A stretch of 63,958 nucleotides of DNA, counting the filler, from Octopus bimaculoides (taxonomy: Eukaryota): the NCBI RefSeq assembly GCF_001194135.2. It is 6 parts of 6 records of this genome, joined end to end, with 100 filler letters (N's around TTAATTAATTAA, not from the genome) between each part and the next. Parts side by side here need not be neighbours in the genome. Positions count along the whole stretch, not along the records: positions 27,953 to 55,693 come from NC_068997.1; 5 more parts are not named here. The stretch is one strand, 5' to 3'. The translations under genes were made by a program, and so were the position numbers. Under the pieces are notes generated by a model. That model was given only the letters and a program-made list of their open reading frames with translations, did not search any database and was not told the origin of the DNA. Every line of letters begins with the position of its first letter. Position 1 is the stretch's first letter. Below, piece by piece: positions 35,609 through 51,074 of this stretch.

Positions 35609-38174
35609 TTTAGCGGTTAATGGGTAGTGAAATCGAGAGCTTGAAAGTTTTGGTAATGTTGGTTGTTATAATGGTTTGTGAGAAGTTATGTGTTGTTGAA
35701 GATATGTCTGTTTCTGAGTTAGATATTTGTGTAGCGTGGGGTTTAAGTCTACTGGATGCTGTAACCAACAGGTCAACAGATGACGAAGAGATTTCATGCG
35801 TCCATCGATTATCAGAAATGGCCACAATGAAAAGAACAGTCGCTGCTTTTCTACACTGATTGTCGGTAGTTTTCGTTAGTAATAATAATAATAATGAATT
35901 AAGATGCTAACAATGGCCTTTGTGGTTTCGTACTGGATTGCTATGATCGACAGCGTGTGGTGTAAATGGTGGAACTTTCGTCGTTGTAATTGTTGTTGAT
36001 GGTGATGGCGTTGTTAGTGGTGGTGGCGGTGAAGATGAAAATGTTGTTGTTGTTGTTGCTGTTGTCGGGGATGTTCCTGCTGTTAGCGATTATTGTTAGA
36101 AGTTGTGTTGGGTTATTATTGCCTTATTGTTTTATTGTTTAACAAAGTAATATATATATATATAACTAGATGCACACACTTTCACATAGACATACATGTG
36201 TATGTATATATTCTATTAGTTAATCTATCAAAAATCAAGTGGTCTACTGTCTAAATAGAACTCAATTCATGGTATTAAGGATGTGTATGTATGTATGTAT
36301 GTATGTATGTATGTATGTATCCATGTATGTATGTATGTATGTATGTATGTACGCATGTATGTATCCATGCATGTATGTATGTATGCATTGTATGTATGCA
36401 TATATACATATGAATATACGTGTGTGTATGTTAGAGTGTAGGTATGTTTGTGTGCGTGTGTGTATATGTGAGTAGTGTGCGGGGGGAATAGGTTTGTGGA
36501 GGGAGGGGGGTGTACATACATTGTACGTACGTACTTTCCTTTATCCAGTCGGAATCAAAGTAATTGATAGTATTTTAATTAACAATAGTTCGCTCTCTTT
36601 GTATCTCTTATAAAAAGATACATTGTTCGTTCTGGGAGCGACGGTAGGCTTCCTCTTCAAAGAGAACGGCTTTATACATTGATTGTGTTCTTAAAAGAAA
36701 GACAGAGCGAAGGAAAGAAACAAAGGGAGACAACCTACAAGAATCATAAATTAACAGAGGATTAGATTACTAGTTTCAATGAAGAAATGGGTTTTTTTTT
36801 TCTTGAATGAGAGGTCATTGCGAATTAGTAAGCGCATACACCGAATGATGAAGCGTAGTGAATTAGGGACCGGTAAAGCAGCAGATAAAATAATTTGTTG
36901 TGTTTAGTTCTCACTTTACATTCTCAGTTCAAATACCGCCGAGGTCAACTTTACCTTTCGTCCTTTCGAGATCACTAAAATATAACACTCATGCACTAGA
37001 GGTGAGGGTAGTAACTAAAGCACTCCTCCAAAATATCTGTCCTTGTATCTCAATAAGAAACCATTTTGAAGAAACTAAGCGTGCTGACTGAATTGTTGGT
37101 GTGTCAAAGGAATCCCTAATGATTTTCATTCCTGCGCTTTATTCTTTGAGTTCGAAAACCGCCGAGATTAATTTTACCTTTCGTCCTTGCAGAGTCGATA
37201 AAATAAAGTACGAGTCAAATACTGAAGTTCAAGGTATCGAGTACTCCCTCTCCTTAAAAGTGTAGCCATGTGCCAAATTTGAAACCTAGAAAGGCGGGAA
37301 AGCAAGCAGAATCGTATCTTCTTAAGAACATGTACTGTTCCAAGGACGGAAAAAAAATTTGGGGGTGCCCTCACATATCTGATTTAATGTTTAACGACAC
37401 ATGGGAGGGATTGAGTACTGAACCCACTACTCCGATGATATCTTCAGTTTTTCACTGGAGATCCACGAGATCTTTTCTAATTCCTTGTCCACAAGGTTTT
37501 TGTCTAAAGAATTGAAACGTCTATTATGAGGCATTCTCTTTCTGTTTTTATATATGTCATACATGATGATATCTATTCTGTTGTGTACAATTGCTCTGTC
37601 TCTCTAGTTTTCAAATCTCGTGGGTTAATTTTACTTTACTAGTTTTTCCTACGGATTAGAAGATGTTGGAAAAGTTGTGGCGTTCATCCGTTTTCTAAAG
37701 GCGTTTACCTATGTACTTGAACTGAAAGAGCTACAAATAGCAATTTGAAATGTAAACAGAAACTAGTTTTGTGATTCGCTTCGTTTAGAGTTTATCTCAT
37801 TTTTCATGACTTTCGCTAATAGATAAGATAAGAGATAGGAAAATATTTATTTTACAAACAGGAAAAATAAAAAGAAAATAACTGTAAAAAAATATGTGGT
37901 ATTTGTATATAAATCATTTGCCAAATTACAACGAGGAAACTGGAATGTTTCCATCTAGGAGGAGATACCGTTCCAATAACGAACTCTATAGCTGGCTTCT
38001 ACAGTGAAAATTTTGTCCCATCAAACATAGAGATTTGGCGTAGTTTCACGAAAACAAAGAAACATTATGTTTGCTAAGTAAGATATGAACCATATATAAA
38101 GAGAAAAAATTTAAGAAGAGTTGTGCTTCTGTAATTGAGATAGATGTTAACAGAAAATGTAAACTTTTTATTAG

Positions 38175-38206
<32 letters not shown>

Positions 38207-38752
38207 NNNNNNNNNNNNNNNNNNNNNNNNNNNNNNNNNNNNNNNNNNNNNNNNNNNNNNNNNNNNNNNNNNNNNNNNNNNNNNNNNNNNNNNNNNNNNN
38301 NNNNNNNNNNNNNNNNNNNNNNNNNNNNNNNNNNNNNNNNNNNNNNNNNNNNNNNNNNNNNNNNNNNNNNNNNNNNNNNNNNNNNNNNNNNNNNNNNNNN
38401 NNNNNNNNNNNNNNNNNNNNNNNNNNNNNNNNNNNNNNNNNNNNNNNNNNNNNNNNNNNNNNNNNNNNTATATATATATATATGCATACATACACACATA
38501 CATACATACATACATATATACATACATATCTATCTATCTGCCTGTCTGTCTGTCTTTGTTTTTGTATGTGTGTTTGTATGTATGTATGTATGTATGTATG
38601 TGTTTTTCGGGGTTTTTTCTTCCATTCTTTTAATCTCATTTCAGAGGTGAAATCTCCAAGGATTCAGCTTTATATTTCACTGGTCTCGGATCAATGTAAA
38701 ACAAAATAGAATTACAGATATAATGATTGAGATTAAACCGTGTGTACCTTAC

Positions 38753-38780
38753 CTCTGCAACGAACAAATTGGCTACGCGC
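38753..38780 (-). CDS. Candidate small exon (28 nt), RVANLFVAE or ARSQFVRCR
   Basis: catctaatgtatttttgtttgtgcgtttcctttgttctag|GCGCGTAGCCAATTTGTTCGTTGCAGAG|gtaagg. Branch-like CTAAT, long pyrimidine tract, strong donor. Confidence 0.45.
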
Positions 38781-39689
38781 CTAGAACAAAGGAAACGCAC
38801 AAACAAAAATACATTAGATGACTAATGTATTTTACAAATTTATAAACAAATATAGGGGGGAAGCTGTAATGGCAAGCACCACGGTTATAAAAGTTACAGT
38901 ACACATTGGTCATACAAGTATCACGTTTCGTTGATGACTAACAATGCATCTGTAACAGACGGTCATCTCAACACAATGTTATTTTGTACAGCAGCATCAA
39001 AGATATTAAAAGACAAACGAAAGAGCTGTATTTCATAGAATTTAGAAACAAATAAACGCGAAGACAAGAATGGACATACAAGATGTATTAATATTAAAAA
39101 CTATTACGAAATTTAATAAAATTTTGATAATGCATCATAGAAATAAATCAATACTGATGGAAGAAATGCTACCTGGTCGCTCAAACCACTAAAAATAGTA
39201 GAAAATTTTCGTTCATTTTACACACTATGCCATCTTAGGAAAATAAACGGACCAACTCGAAAAGGAACGAATATATATCAATTAAAAAGAACGCAAATAT
39301 ATTAATTAAAAAAAAAATTGTAGTAACCCTAAGCATAACGCTGTGTTTAAATTGTTAATTTATTTTCGTCGGTGGATGATAGAGATTTGTACAGATATTG
39401 TTATGATAGCTCTAGTTTAAATTTTTGAAAATGTTGTATCTTTTGTATCAATTGAATAAGGATATGCGGAAAGATGTGCACACATGTACACATCCGCAGA
39501 CACACAGAGACATTTACTTGTATGAGCATGTGTGTATGCATAGGAATCTATGCATTTGTACATAGTTATATATTCATATTGAAATGCATGCCCGTGCACA
39601 TATAGGCATAGAACCTACTATTTCCATCTTCATGTGACATACAGGTATATTTATGTATATATGTATGTATGTATCTATCTATCTATCTA

Positions 39690-39722
<33 letters not shown>

Positions 39723-40429
39723 NNNNNNNNNNNNNNNNNNNNNNNNNNNNNNNNNNNNNNNNNNNNNNNNNNNNNNNNNNNNNNNNNNNNNNNNNNNNNN
39801 NNNNNNNNNNNNNNNNNNNNNNNNNNNNNNNNNNNNNNNNNNNNNNNNNNNNNNNNNNNNNNNNNNNNNNNNNNNNNNNNNNNNNNNNNNNNNNNNNNNN
39901 NNNNNNNNNNNNNNNNNNNNNNNNNNNNNNNNNNNNNNNNNNNNNNNNNNNNNNNNNNNNNNNNNNNNNNNNNNNNNNNNNNNNNNNNNNNNNNNNNNNN
40001 NNNNNNNNNNNNNNNNNNNNNNNNNNNNNNNNNNNNNNNNNNNNNNNNNNNNNNNNNNNNNNNNNNNNNNNNNNNNNNNNNNNNNNNNNNNNNNNNNNNN
40101 NNNNNNNNNNNNNNNNNNNNNNNNNNNNNNNNNNNNNNNNNNNNNNNNNNNNNNNNNNNNNNNNNNNNNNNNNNNNNNNNNNNNNNNNNNNNNNNNNNNN
40201 NNNNNNNNNNNNNNNNNNNNNNNNNNNNNNNNNNNNNNNNNNNNNNNNNNNNNNNNNNNNNNNNNNNNNNNNNNNNNNNNNNNNNNNNNNNNNNNNNNNN
40301 NNNNNNNNNNNNNNNNNNNNNNNNNNNNNNNNNNNNNNNNNNNNNNNNNNNNNNNNNNNNNNNNNNNNNNNNNNNNNNNNNNNNNNNNNNNNNNNNNNNN
40401 NNNNNNNNNNNNNNNNNNNNNNNNNNNNN

Positions 40430-40484
<55 letters not shown>

Positions 40485-42836
40485 TACACGCACACACACA
40501 TACGGGTACGTACAAATGCAAACACACATACAAACTCAAAACAAGGAGAAAATATATCATTCATTCAGAAACACCAATGTCTAAAGAATGATAAGTATAA
40601 TACATCAAAAGAAAGAAATAAAGAAAAGCAAACAAATTCAAGGTTAATTAGAATACTACTTGAAAAGTATTTGGTTCCCCACTCACGGGTATCATTTGTA
40701 CTTTTATTTACGAGACATATGAATAATTCGAGTGTCTTGGATATAATGTTCGGGTGGCTCTATGACAGCTTCTTCTGACTGCGAAAATAATTGACTGGCT
40801 TTGCATTGACAGCATGTCAAGTTCACGCATGCGCGCGCGCATTAAACTACTCTAATACAAGGAAACAACCACACACACACACACACACACACACACGCAT
40901 ACAAGCAAAGACGCACACACTTATATATTTGTGGATATATATATATATATATTCATATATAATATTGACAGAAATCACTAATGTATGAATGCATGTACAA
41001 ACAGGAAATATATATATATATATATATANNNNNNNNNNNNNNNNNNNNNNNNNNNNNNNNNNNNNNNNNNNNNNNNNNNNNNNNNNNNNNNNNNNNNNNN
41101 NNNNNNNNNNNNNNNNNNNNNNNNNNNNNNNNNNNNNNNNNNNNNNNNNNNNNNNNNNNNNNNNNNNNNNNNNNNNNNNNNNNNNNNNNNNNNNNNNNNN
41201 NNNNNNNNNNNNNNNNNNNNNNNNNNNNNNNNNNNNNNNNNNNNNNNNNNNNNNNNNNNNNNNNNNNNNNNNNNNNNNNNNNNNNNNNNNNNNNNNNNNN
41301 NNNNNNNNNNNNNNNNNNNNNNNNNNNNNNNNNNNNNNNNNNNNNNNNNNNNNNNNNNNNNNNNNNTATATATATATATATATATATGCATACATATATA
41401 AGTATATGTATGTATATGTGTCTTCCCCACGCCACTGAGTCTTATCACATATCCATTCGCAGAATATGTTCTTTCGGAGTCTTCGTTAGAATTTATGTAC
41501 TACCTTTAAATATGTACTAATACATTGCATATATAACCCCACTAACATTCGAAATTAAATTAAGCTGGTCAGACCAATTGGCATTATTGAACAATTCTTT
41601 GCCAGCGAAATTGAACATTAAATTAATGATGTGTTTGCAGTATTTCGTTTCATTGCCATAACGTACTCTCGCACAAATCTAATATGTTTTTAGACAATAC
41701 TTTGTTACAAAGTTTGTAAATAATTCGTTTGTATGCGGACAGAAAAAGAAAGGTCATTTGTACTCTTTACATTAATTTCTAATATCGCTTTTAAATTTTG
41801 GCACAAAGCCAACATGTTCGAGTGTAGGAAGTAAGTTGATTCCATAAACCCCGGTGCTGAACTGGTACTTATTTTAACGATCTCAGACGGATAAAAGGTA
41901 AAGTTGATCTGAAACGGAATTTGAACTCAGAACGTAACGACGGACGAAACGCTGCTTAGTATTTTTCCCAGCGAGGTAACGATCCCCACTATCTAGCTGT
42001 TTTATATTAATCTCTTAGATTGTGAACGGAGTGAGGTCTGGTGCCCACCTCCAAGCTACATCATGTTTTAAATTACCATTAACACAATGCTTATTTCCAC
42101 GGCACACTTATAAGCATAGGCGTTCCTGCCATGACCACTCCGTTCCATCGGAAAGTATCGAAAACTACGTTTATCTAATGTATTTCAATCTCTACCTGAC
42201 CAAAACAGTGAGGTGTGCTTTGACAAAGGATTTCGCTGGTATTTCTACGTAAACCGACCACCTAGCCCAACCAACCAACCAACCACGTTGAAATAGCTGC
42301 CACATTTTATCAACCTTTCAAATAATTGGTCGTCTGATGTCTATTATTTATTCATTGATATCTTAATCGATCATGTTTACGCCATTGATTTATCCACAAC
42401 GTTTGTGGTTTGATGACAATTAGTGTGAAAGTAATGTTTTGAAGCGTTATCAAGGCTTCCCTTCACCTGAGTTGACCTTCAGTGCCAACGACTTATAATT
42501 CGCGTTCGCTTATTCGTTTATTCATATATTCGTTTATTCGTTTATTTAGTTATTCATTTGTATTTCTCTATTCATTTCCAATCCGATCATTTTTGAGCCC
42601 ACGCAGCTCTATCTTTGACTTTTTTTTCACCCCCGACTTAGTTATGTATATATGAAAGTATATATGTAATATGTGTGTAAGAATGTATTTACGTGAGTAT
42701 GTAAAGTAAGTATTACGTATGTATGTATGTATGTATGTACGTATGTATATATTTTGCAGTTTTGTTTACCTGAAGGTCTTGATAAAAATCAAATATATGC
42801 GTGTATATATATGTATATATATATATTAATTACATA

Positions 42837-42879
<43 letters not shown>

Positions 42880-43649
42880 NNNNNNNNNNNNNNNNNNNNN
42901 NNNNNNNNNNNNNNNNNNNNNNNNNNNNNNNNNNNNNNNNNNNNNNNNNNNNNNNNNNNNNNNNNNNNNNNNNNNNNNNNNNNNNNNNNNNNNNNNNNNN
43001 NNNNNNNNNNNNNNNNNNNNNNNNNNNNNNNNNNNNNNNNNNNNNNNNNNNNNNNNNNNNNNNNNNNNNNNNNNNNNNNNNNNNNNNNNNNNNNNNNNNN
43101 NNNNNNNNNNNNNNNNNNNNNNNNNNNNNNNNNNNNNNNNNNNNNNNNNNNNNNNNNNNNNNNNNNNNNNNNNNNNNNNNNNNNNNNNNNNNNNNNNNNN
43201 NNNNNNNNNNNNNNNNNNNNNNNNNNNNNNNNNNNNNNNNNNNNNNNNNNNNNNNNNNNNNNNNNNNNNNNNNNNNNNNNNNNNNNNNNNNNNNNNNNNN
43301 NNNNNNNNNNNNNNNNNNNNNNNNNNNNNNNNNNNNNNNNNNNNNNNNNNNNNNNNNNNNNNNNNNNNNNNNNNNNNNNNNNNNNNNNNNNNNNNNNNNN
43401 NNNNNNNNNNNNNNNNNNNNNNNNNNNNNNNNNNNNNNNNNNNNNNNNNNNNNNNNNNNNNNNNNNNNNNNNNNNNNNNNNNNNNNNNNNNNNNNNNNNN
43501 NNNNNNNNNNNNNNNNNNNNNNNNNNNNNNNNNNNNNNNNNNNNNNNNNNNNNNNNNNNNNNNNNNNNNNNNNNNNNNNNNNNNNNNNNNNNNNNNNNNN
43601 NNNNNNNNNNNNNNNNNNNNNNNNNNNNNNNNNNNNNNNNNNNNNNNNN

Positions 43650-43740
43650 TCGTCGTCGTCTTCGTCGTCGTCTTCGTCGTCGTCTTCGTCGTCGTCTTCG
43701 TCGTCGTCTTCGTCGTCGTCGTCGTCATCTTTATCATCAT
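43650..43740. repeat. (TCGTCGTCGTCT)n 12-bp periodic repeat
   Basis: Read directly next to a gap. Confidence 0.9.
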
Positions 43741-43764
43741 CATCTTTATTATTAATATTAATGT

Positions 43765-45780
43765 AATAAGGCAGCAAGCAGGCTAGACGAAATGCTTAGC
43801 GGCATATCGCGTTTCGCTACGTTCTGAGTTCAAATTTCCCCCGGAGGTCGACTTTGCCTTTTATCCTTTCGTGGTCGATAAATGAAGTACAAGCGAAACA
43901 CTGGGGTCGATTTAATCGACCAATCCCTTCCCCCTAAATTTTAGGCGTTGTACCTACAGTAGAAAGAGTTATTAATATTACTATTATTATTGAGTTCAAA
44001 TGCAACTGAGCAAAATTCCGTCGGGCAAAATGCTTAGCGGCATTTCGCTTGTCTTTACGTTCTGAGTTCAAATTCCGCCAAGGTCGATTTCACCTATTAT
44101 CGTTCCAGGGCGCTTAGATAATAGCCAGTTGTGCAATGAGGTTGATGCAATCGACTTAGTTCGCCAATTCCCCTAACATTGCCGCATTTATGCCTATGGA
44201 GGAAAGTGTTATTATTTTCTTTTTTACTCTCTTTTACACGTTTCAGTCATTAGACTGCGGCCATGCTGGAGCACCATCTTTGGTCAAAGAAATCGACCCC
44301 AGGACTTATTCTTTGTAAGCCTAGTACTTATTCTATCGTTTACTTTTGCATAACTGTTTAAGTTCCGGGGACGTAGTAAAAGCACCAGCATCGGTTGTCA
44401 AGCGATGGTTGGGTTACAAACACAGACACAAAGGCACACACACATAAACATACTTATATACTTTTCTACTCTAGGCACAAGGCCCGAAATTTTGGGGGAA
44501 GGGGCCAGTCGATTAGATCGACCCCAGTACGCAACTGGTACTTATTTTATTGACCCTAAAAGGATGAAAGGCAAAGTCAACCTTGGCGAAATTTGAAGTC
44601 AGAACGTAAAGACAGGCGAAATACCTATTTCTTTACTGCCCACAAGGGGCTACACACAGAGGGGACAAACAAGGACAGACAAACGGATTAAGTCGATTAC
44701 ATCGACCCCGGTACGTAACTGGTACTTAATTTATCGACCCCGAAAGGATGAAAGGCAAAGTCGACCTCGGCGGAATTTGAACTCAGAACGCAGTGGCAGG
44801 CGAAATACCGTTAAGCATTTCGCCCGGCATGCTAACGTTACTGCCAGCTCGCAGTGGGAATGAACCCGGNNNNNNNNNNNNNNNNNNNNNNNNNNNNNNN
44901 NNNNNNNNNNNNNNNNNNNNNNNNNNNNNNNNNNNNNNNNNNNNNNNNNNNNNNNNNNNNNNNNNNNNNNNNNNNNNNNNNNNNNNNNNNNNNNNNNNNN
45001 NNNNNNNNNNNNNNNNNNNNNNNNNNNNNNNNNNNNNNNNNNNNNNNNNNNNNNNNNNNNNNNNNNNNNNNNNNNNNNNNNNNNNNNNNNNNNNNNNNNN
45101 NNNNNNNNNNNNNNNNNNNNNNNNNNNNNNNNNNNNNNNNNNNNNNNNNNNNNNNNNNNNNNNNNNNNNNNNNNNNNNAGATGTCAGCAAGAATTATTAA
45201 TGGTAGCGATTCTTATTAACCCGTTATAGACACCATTTTGAATGTGCGGAAATAAATAAACAAATACCGGTTAGTAGAACATTCTGTGTGGTTGAAATTG
45301 GATTTTATAAGAAAACGATGAGTATTCACTTCAAATAAGAATCGAAACCGTATCGCGATCAATGCAGGAAAGGAATAATACTTTATATTATATTAGGTTG
45401 CTTGTCTGTGCGTGGACAGTCGACTTTGCCTTTCATCCTTTCGAGGTCGATTAAATAAGTACCATTTACACACTAGGGTCGATGTAATTGACTTATTACC
45501 TTTGTTTGCCCTCTCTACATTTAGCCCCATGTGGGCAATAAAGAAACGAATATTTGTGTGTGTGTAAGGTGGTAAGCTGGCAGTAACATTAGCACACCGG
45601 GCGAAATACTTAACGCTATCTCGACTGTCTTTACCTTCTAAGTTCAAACTCCGTCCAGGTCGATTTTGCCTTTCATCCTTTCGGGGTTGATAAATTAAGT
45701 ACCATTTGCGTACTTGGGTCGATCTAATCGATTGGCTTCTCCCCCAAAATTTCGGGCATTGTGCCTAGAGTAGGAAAGAA
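43765..45780. mobile_element. Dense cluster of family A and B SINEs in both orientations
   Basis: Multiple GTCGACTTTGCCTTTCATCCTTTCG / CGAAAGGATGAAAGGCAAAGTCGAC cores and a family B 3' half at ~44225-44450. Confidence 0.75.
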
Positions 45781-46125
45781 TATTTGTGTATGTGTGTTAA
45801 GAAATATCACTTGTCAATATCATTTTTTACGATATACTTACTATGTCCTTTACCGAACAATCAGAAAAATCTAGACCTTACTAACAAGACCTCCTAAACA
45901 GAAACAGATGCCACTACACATCGAAACGGGATCATGATTAAAAAATAAAAAATGATGGATATAAACAATTTTTCTACTCCGAGATTTTTTTATACTTTGA
46001 CGCTCCGTTAGCTAAACGCGAAATTGAAACCGAAACGAAGCGTTAGACATTCCATTTAACCGTCTTCTTTTAAAACTGACTTTCATCGTGGAATCTTTAA
46101 CTACCAATAGATTACTCGATGGTTT

Positions 46126-46156
<31 letters not shown>

Positions 46157-46186
46157 CATACATACATACATATACATATGTGTGTG

Positions 46187-46223
<37 letters not shown>

Positions 46224-46760
46224 NNNNNNNNNNNNNNNNNNNNNNNNNNNNNNNNNNNNNNNNNNNNNNNNNNNNNNNNNNNNNNNNNNNNNNNNNNNNN
46301 NNNNNNNNNNNNNNNNNNNNNNNNNNNNNNNNNNNNNNNNNNNNNNNNNNNNNNNNNNNNNNNNNNNNNNNNNNNNNNNNNNNNNNNNNNNNNNNNNNNN
46401 NNNNNNNNNNNNNNNNNNNNNNNNNNNNNNNNNNNNNNNNNNNNNNNNNNNNNNNNNNNNNNNNNNNNNNNNNNNNNNNNNNNNNNNNNNNNNNNNNNNN
46501 NNNNNNNNNNNNNNNNNNNNNNNNNNNNNNNNNNNNNNNNNNNNNNNNNNNNNNNNNNNNNNNNNNNNNNNNNNNNNNNNNNNNNNNNNNNNTAATATAA
46601 ATTATAAATAAATATATATGAAAATAATAAAGACGGGCAACAAACAGCAAGAGAAAAAAAAATACGATAATTACATTTCCTATTATTGCTACGGGAGAAC
46701 ACATTACAAGGACCAATAAAAAGTCCTGTAATAAAATAGTTCATCATGTCTGGAAATGAT

Positions 46761-46856
<96 letters not shown>

Positions 46857-46910
46857 GTGGTGATGATGATGATGATGATGATAAAAATGACAATGATGAC
46901 GACGATGACG

Positions 46911-46963
<53 letters not shown>

Positions 46964-46967
46964 TACT

Positions 46968-47185
46968 ACTAAGGTGGTGAGCTGGCAGAATCGTTAGCAG
47001 GCCGGGCAAAATGCGCTTAGCAGCATTTCGTCCGTCTTCACGTTCTGAGTTCAAATTCCGCCGAGGTTGACTTTGCCTTTCATCTTCTGGAGGTCGGGAA
47101 AATAAGTACCAGTAGACTACTGAGGGTCGATGCAATCGACTTTTCCCTTCCCCGAAATCGGTGGCCTTGTGCCAAAATTTAAAAC
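46968..47185 (+). mobile_element. SINE family A copy
   Basis: AAGGTGGTGAGCTGGCAGAATCGTTAGC...GAGTTCAAATTCCGCCGAGG...GTGCCAAAATTT. Confidence 0.85.
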
Positions 47186-47208
47186 CATTCTTATTCTTAT
47201 TCTTCCTC

Positions 47209-47244
<36 letters not shown>

Positions 47245-50200
47245 TCATCATTATTATTATTATCATTATTATTGTTGTTGTTGTTGTTGTTGTCGTCGTC
47301 GCTGTTGCTTTTGTCGTCGTTGTTGTTGTATTTCAAAACCAGACTATAATGAAGGATTTCATAACTGAGCCAATGCACATATAATTACTGCTTGGCTAAA
47401 TCTTTATTCTTTAGCCATCTAAATACGATTCTCAAAGAACTGGTCAATTTTTTTCTTTATTTATTTTATATTTATTTTTCCCTACAAAAACAAGATATCA
47501 ACACTTTTACTGATTTGTTGCTGTTGTTTATTTTATTTTATTTTATTTATTAATGCTGAGCACAAATTTTGATAGTACATATTAAATTCAGTATGATAAA
47601 GTTTATAATTATTAAGAATTCAATTATTTCCAACTGGATAAGAAATCAATCAAGCAAATATTGCTAATATTCTGTGTGTGTCTCAATGTGTGTGATTTTT
47701 TGTGTGTGCATGTATGTATGGGTAGTTTAATAATAATTAAGACAGCTTTTTGCTGTTCATATGTTAATAACACTTCAGCTGGTAGCTATGCTTTTACATT
47801 GCATATATTACACTGTACGTAGAGTAAAAATACAGAATTATTTACACTTTAACTCTGTTAACAAGTAATATTATCTTCTTCACTGACTGAGTTATATCTT
47901 TGCAAAATCTTGGCAGCAGGTCTAAACGTGACGTCCAAATGTAAAGTCCAAGTTTTAATCTAAGTTTATGTCCAAACTTCAAGTCTAATATCTATCAGCC
48001 GATATTCGAGCACCATAAACGTTAAGAAAATTTCAAGCAAAAAGAAAAACTGCCAAACTTCTACCATTTTGCAAAGGCAATATTCAATGCAATGACTTAA
48101 TCTAAATTTTAACCATATTCACGATGAATATACATTACATGGTTTTCACCTTTTTAAACGATATATTGTCGTTCCTTTTAACATCACAAAATGATAACTC
48201 ATGTTTACTTCTATCCACCTTTTAGTTATCCATAAGATAAACAGAAGCAGGTTATTACTACGAACAGTATGCATCCCTGAGAAATTTGGTGATGGCTTCC
48301 TCTTATGTCGTCCAGTTACGAGAGAGCTAGAGAAATGAAAACGTCAACATTATTTCGACCACGACCAGCAACAACACCACCATAACATACTGCTACTGTG
48401 GAAATTACGTTTAGCATAATATAGACAGCCAAAACATCATATATAACAAATAAAACACGCTCTGAAAGACAAACAAAATAAATTATTGAAAATAAGTTGT
48501 ATATTTGCATGATATTAAATCTTGTAAGCAATATTGTCACTACACTTTCCCGTAGCTCAGCTATGCATATTTTGCAAGGCGACACTGCGACGTGCATAAA
48601 TCAAATGAAAAATTACATCTTGTGTTGCATAAAATCACATGTTATATATAAACTTTTTATACATGAATTCCAACATCAGTCCACGGAGGCAATATTAAGA
48701 TCGCCACAAAATTGTGGGAAACACATAAGAAGTATCCACAACGAGTGTGCTAGACATGCTGGAAATTGCATCCATATCTTACTTAAATCACATTCTATCA
48801 TATTAAAACAAGAACACATTATTTAATGCTGTCCAAGGTATATTATGTCAAAAATAAATATTAGATGGTCACGATTGGAATGTACTTCGTCAAAATCTGC
48901 TCGTCAGAGGTACGTTAAATTTCAATAAAAGCGACAAATACAGAGCGAAGATGCGTTAAAACTTTCCTCTATTACTACCAATAGCGGGTTCATTTAACAA
49001 TAGTCAGTAGTAACCCATATATGAAACAATATAAAATTATCACGCACAAGAACCATTGCTCAATAGTGATATAGCTTCATAATGAGGTCACGCGATTTCG
49101 AAACGTCACTACAATATATTTGAGGGCAAAAAAAGGAGTTATTTACAAATTGGCAACAATAACGAAGAATCTATTGAGAATAGAACACAAAATTACAAAT
49201 AAGAGATTGAAAAAACAAAAAATAAGTAAAGAAAAGATTAGAATCGTATTTCTCTTCAGTATTTCTCAAACACACGCACACTACATTCAACATAGATATG
49301 TAAGTATTTACGTACGCATCAATCTATGCATGTGTATGTATAGATACATATGCATACTTATTTATTACGAACATCCGGATTGTTTGTGCCGGAGTATAAA
49401 TGTACTTTTACTACATATACATACCTAAACGTAATTATATGTATGTGTGTGTATGTGCGTGAGTGTGTGTATGTATCGATGTTTATACATGTGGGTTTTG
49501 AGTGAATATATATGAATATATATGTGTGTGTATAAATATACATATGTATATATGTATGGACATATATGTGTCTATATATGTATAGGTATGCATGTACATA
49601 TGTGCATATGTGTGTTTGTGTATATGTGTGTATATACATATATATATTTGGATATATATATATTTATACACATACACACACACGTGCATATATGTATGTA
49701 TATATATATATATATATANNNNNNNNNNNNNNNNNNNNNNNNNNNNNNNNNNNNNNNNNNNNNNNNNNNNNNNNNNNNNNNNNNNNNNNNNNNNNNNNNN
49801 NNNNNNNNNNNNNNNNNNNNNNNNNNNNNNNNNNNNNNNNNNNNNNNNNNNNNNNNNNNNNNNNNNNNNNNNNNNNNNNNNNNNNNNNNNNNNNNNNNNN
49901 NNNNNNNNNNNNNNNNNNNNNNNNNNNNNNNNNNNNNNNNNNNNNNNNNNNNNNNNNNNNNNNNNNNNNNNNNNNNNNNNNNNNNNNNNNNNNNNNNNNN
50001 NNNNNNNNNNNNNNNNNNNNNNNNNNNNNNNNNNNNNNNNNNNNNNNNNNNNNNNNNNNNNNNNNNNNNNNNNNNNNNNNNNNNNNNNNNNNNNNNNNNN
50101 NNNNNNNNNNNNNNNNNNNNNNNNNNNNNNNNNNNNNNNNNNNNNNNNNNNNNNNNNNNNNNNNNNNNNNNNNNNNNNNNNNNNNNNNNNNNNNNNNNNN

Positions 50201-51011
50201 NNNNNNNNNNNNNNNNNNNNNNNNNNNNNNNNNNNNNNNNNNNNNNNNNNNNNNNNNNNNNNNNNNNNNNNNNNNNNNNNNNNNNNNNNNNNNNNNNNNN
50301 NNNNNNNNNNNNNNNNNNNNNNNNNNNNNNNNNNNNNNNNNNNNNNNNNNNNNNNNNNNNNNNNNNNNNNNNNNNNNNNNNNNNNNNNNNNNNNNNNNNN
50401 NNNNNNNNNNNNNNNNNNNNNNNNNNNNNNNNNNNNNNNACATGTATATGTATGTATGTTTTCGTTCCTTCACTTGATTAATTTGGGAGTCTGTTTTTAA
50501 TTCTGCTAGTATTTGATTTTTACGTTGCTTGCTTGCTTGCGTACGCATTCTTTCCTTGTCTTACACATCCCTGCTGCACACGTACACGCATACACATGCA
50601 CACACACACGTATACGAACACACGCATACAAATAGAATACTTTTGTATATGTTTGCTTTTGCTAAGTGGAGTGGACTATTGGAACGAATGTTTTGTACAT
50701 CTGTACAACGTCTAATATTTGTATTACGTGCGTGTGTGTGTGTGTGTGTGTGTGTCCTGTTTTTTGTCATATTGCTGCTTTACAATTTTGGCCTTTCGCT
50801 ACATTGTGATGTTTGTATAATGTGCAAGGACATTGGAGAGAGAAAGAGAGACGGTAGAAGATGAGATACGAAAAGAGGGAGAGAGAGAGGGAGAGGGAGA
50901 GAAATGAAGAGAGTGTTATATTGAAAATGAAGTAAAGAGTAAAAATACAAGAGAGATTCATATAGGGATTATAAGAGTATGAGACATAGAGAGAATGTGA
51001 GAAAAAGCGAT

Positions 51012-51074
<63 letters not shown>

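Noticed and set aside
40704-40778. Possible terminal exon SEEAVIEPPEHYIQDTRIIHMSRK*
   Set aside because: Good acceptor but a single unsupported candidate, at a rate expected by chance in 60 kb.
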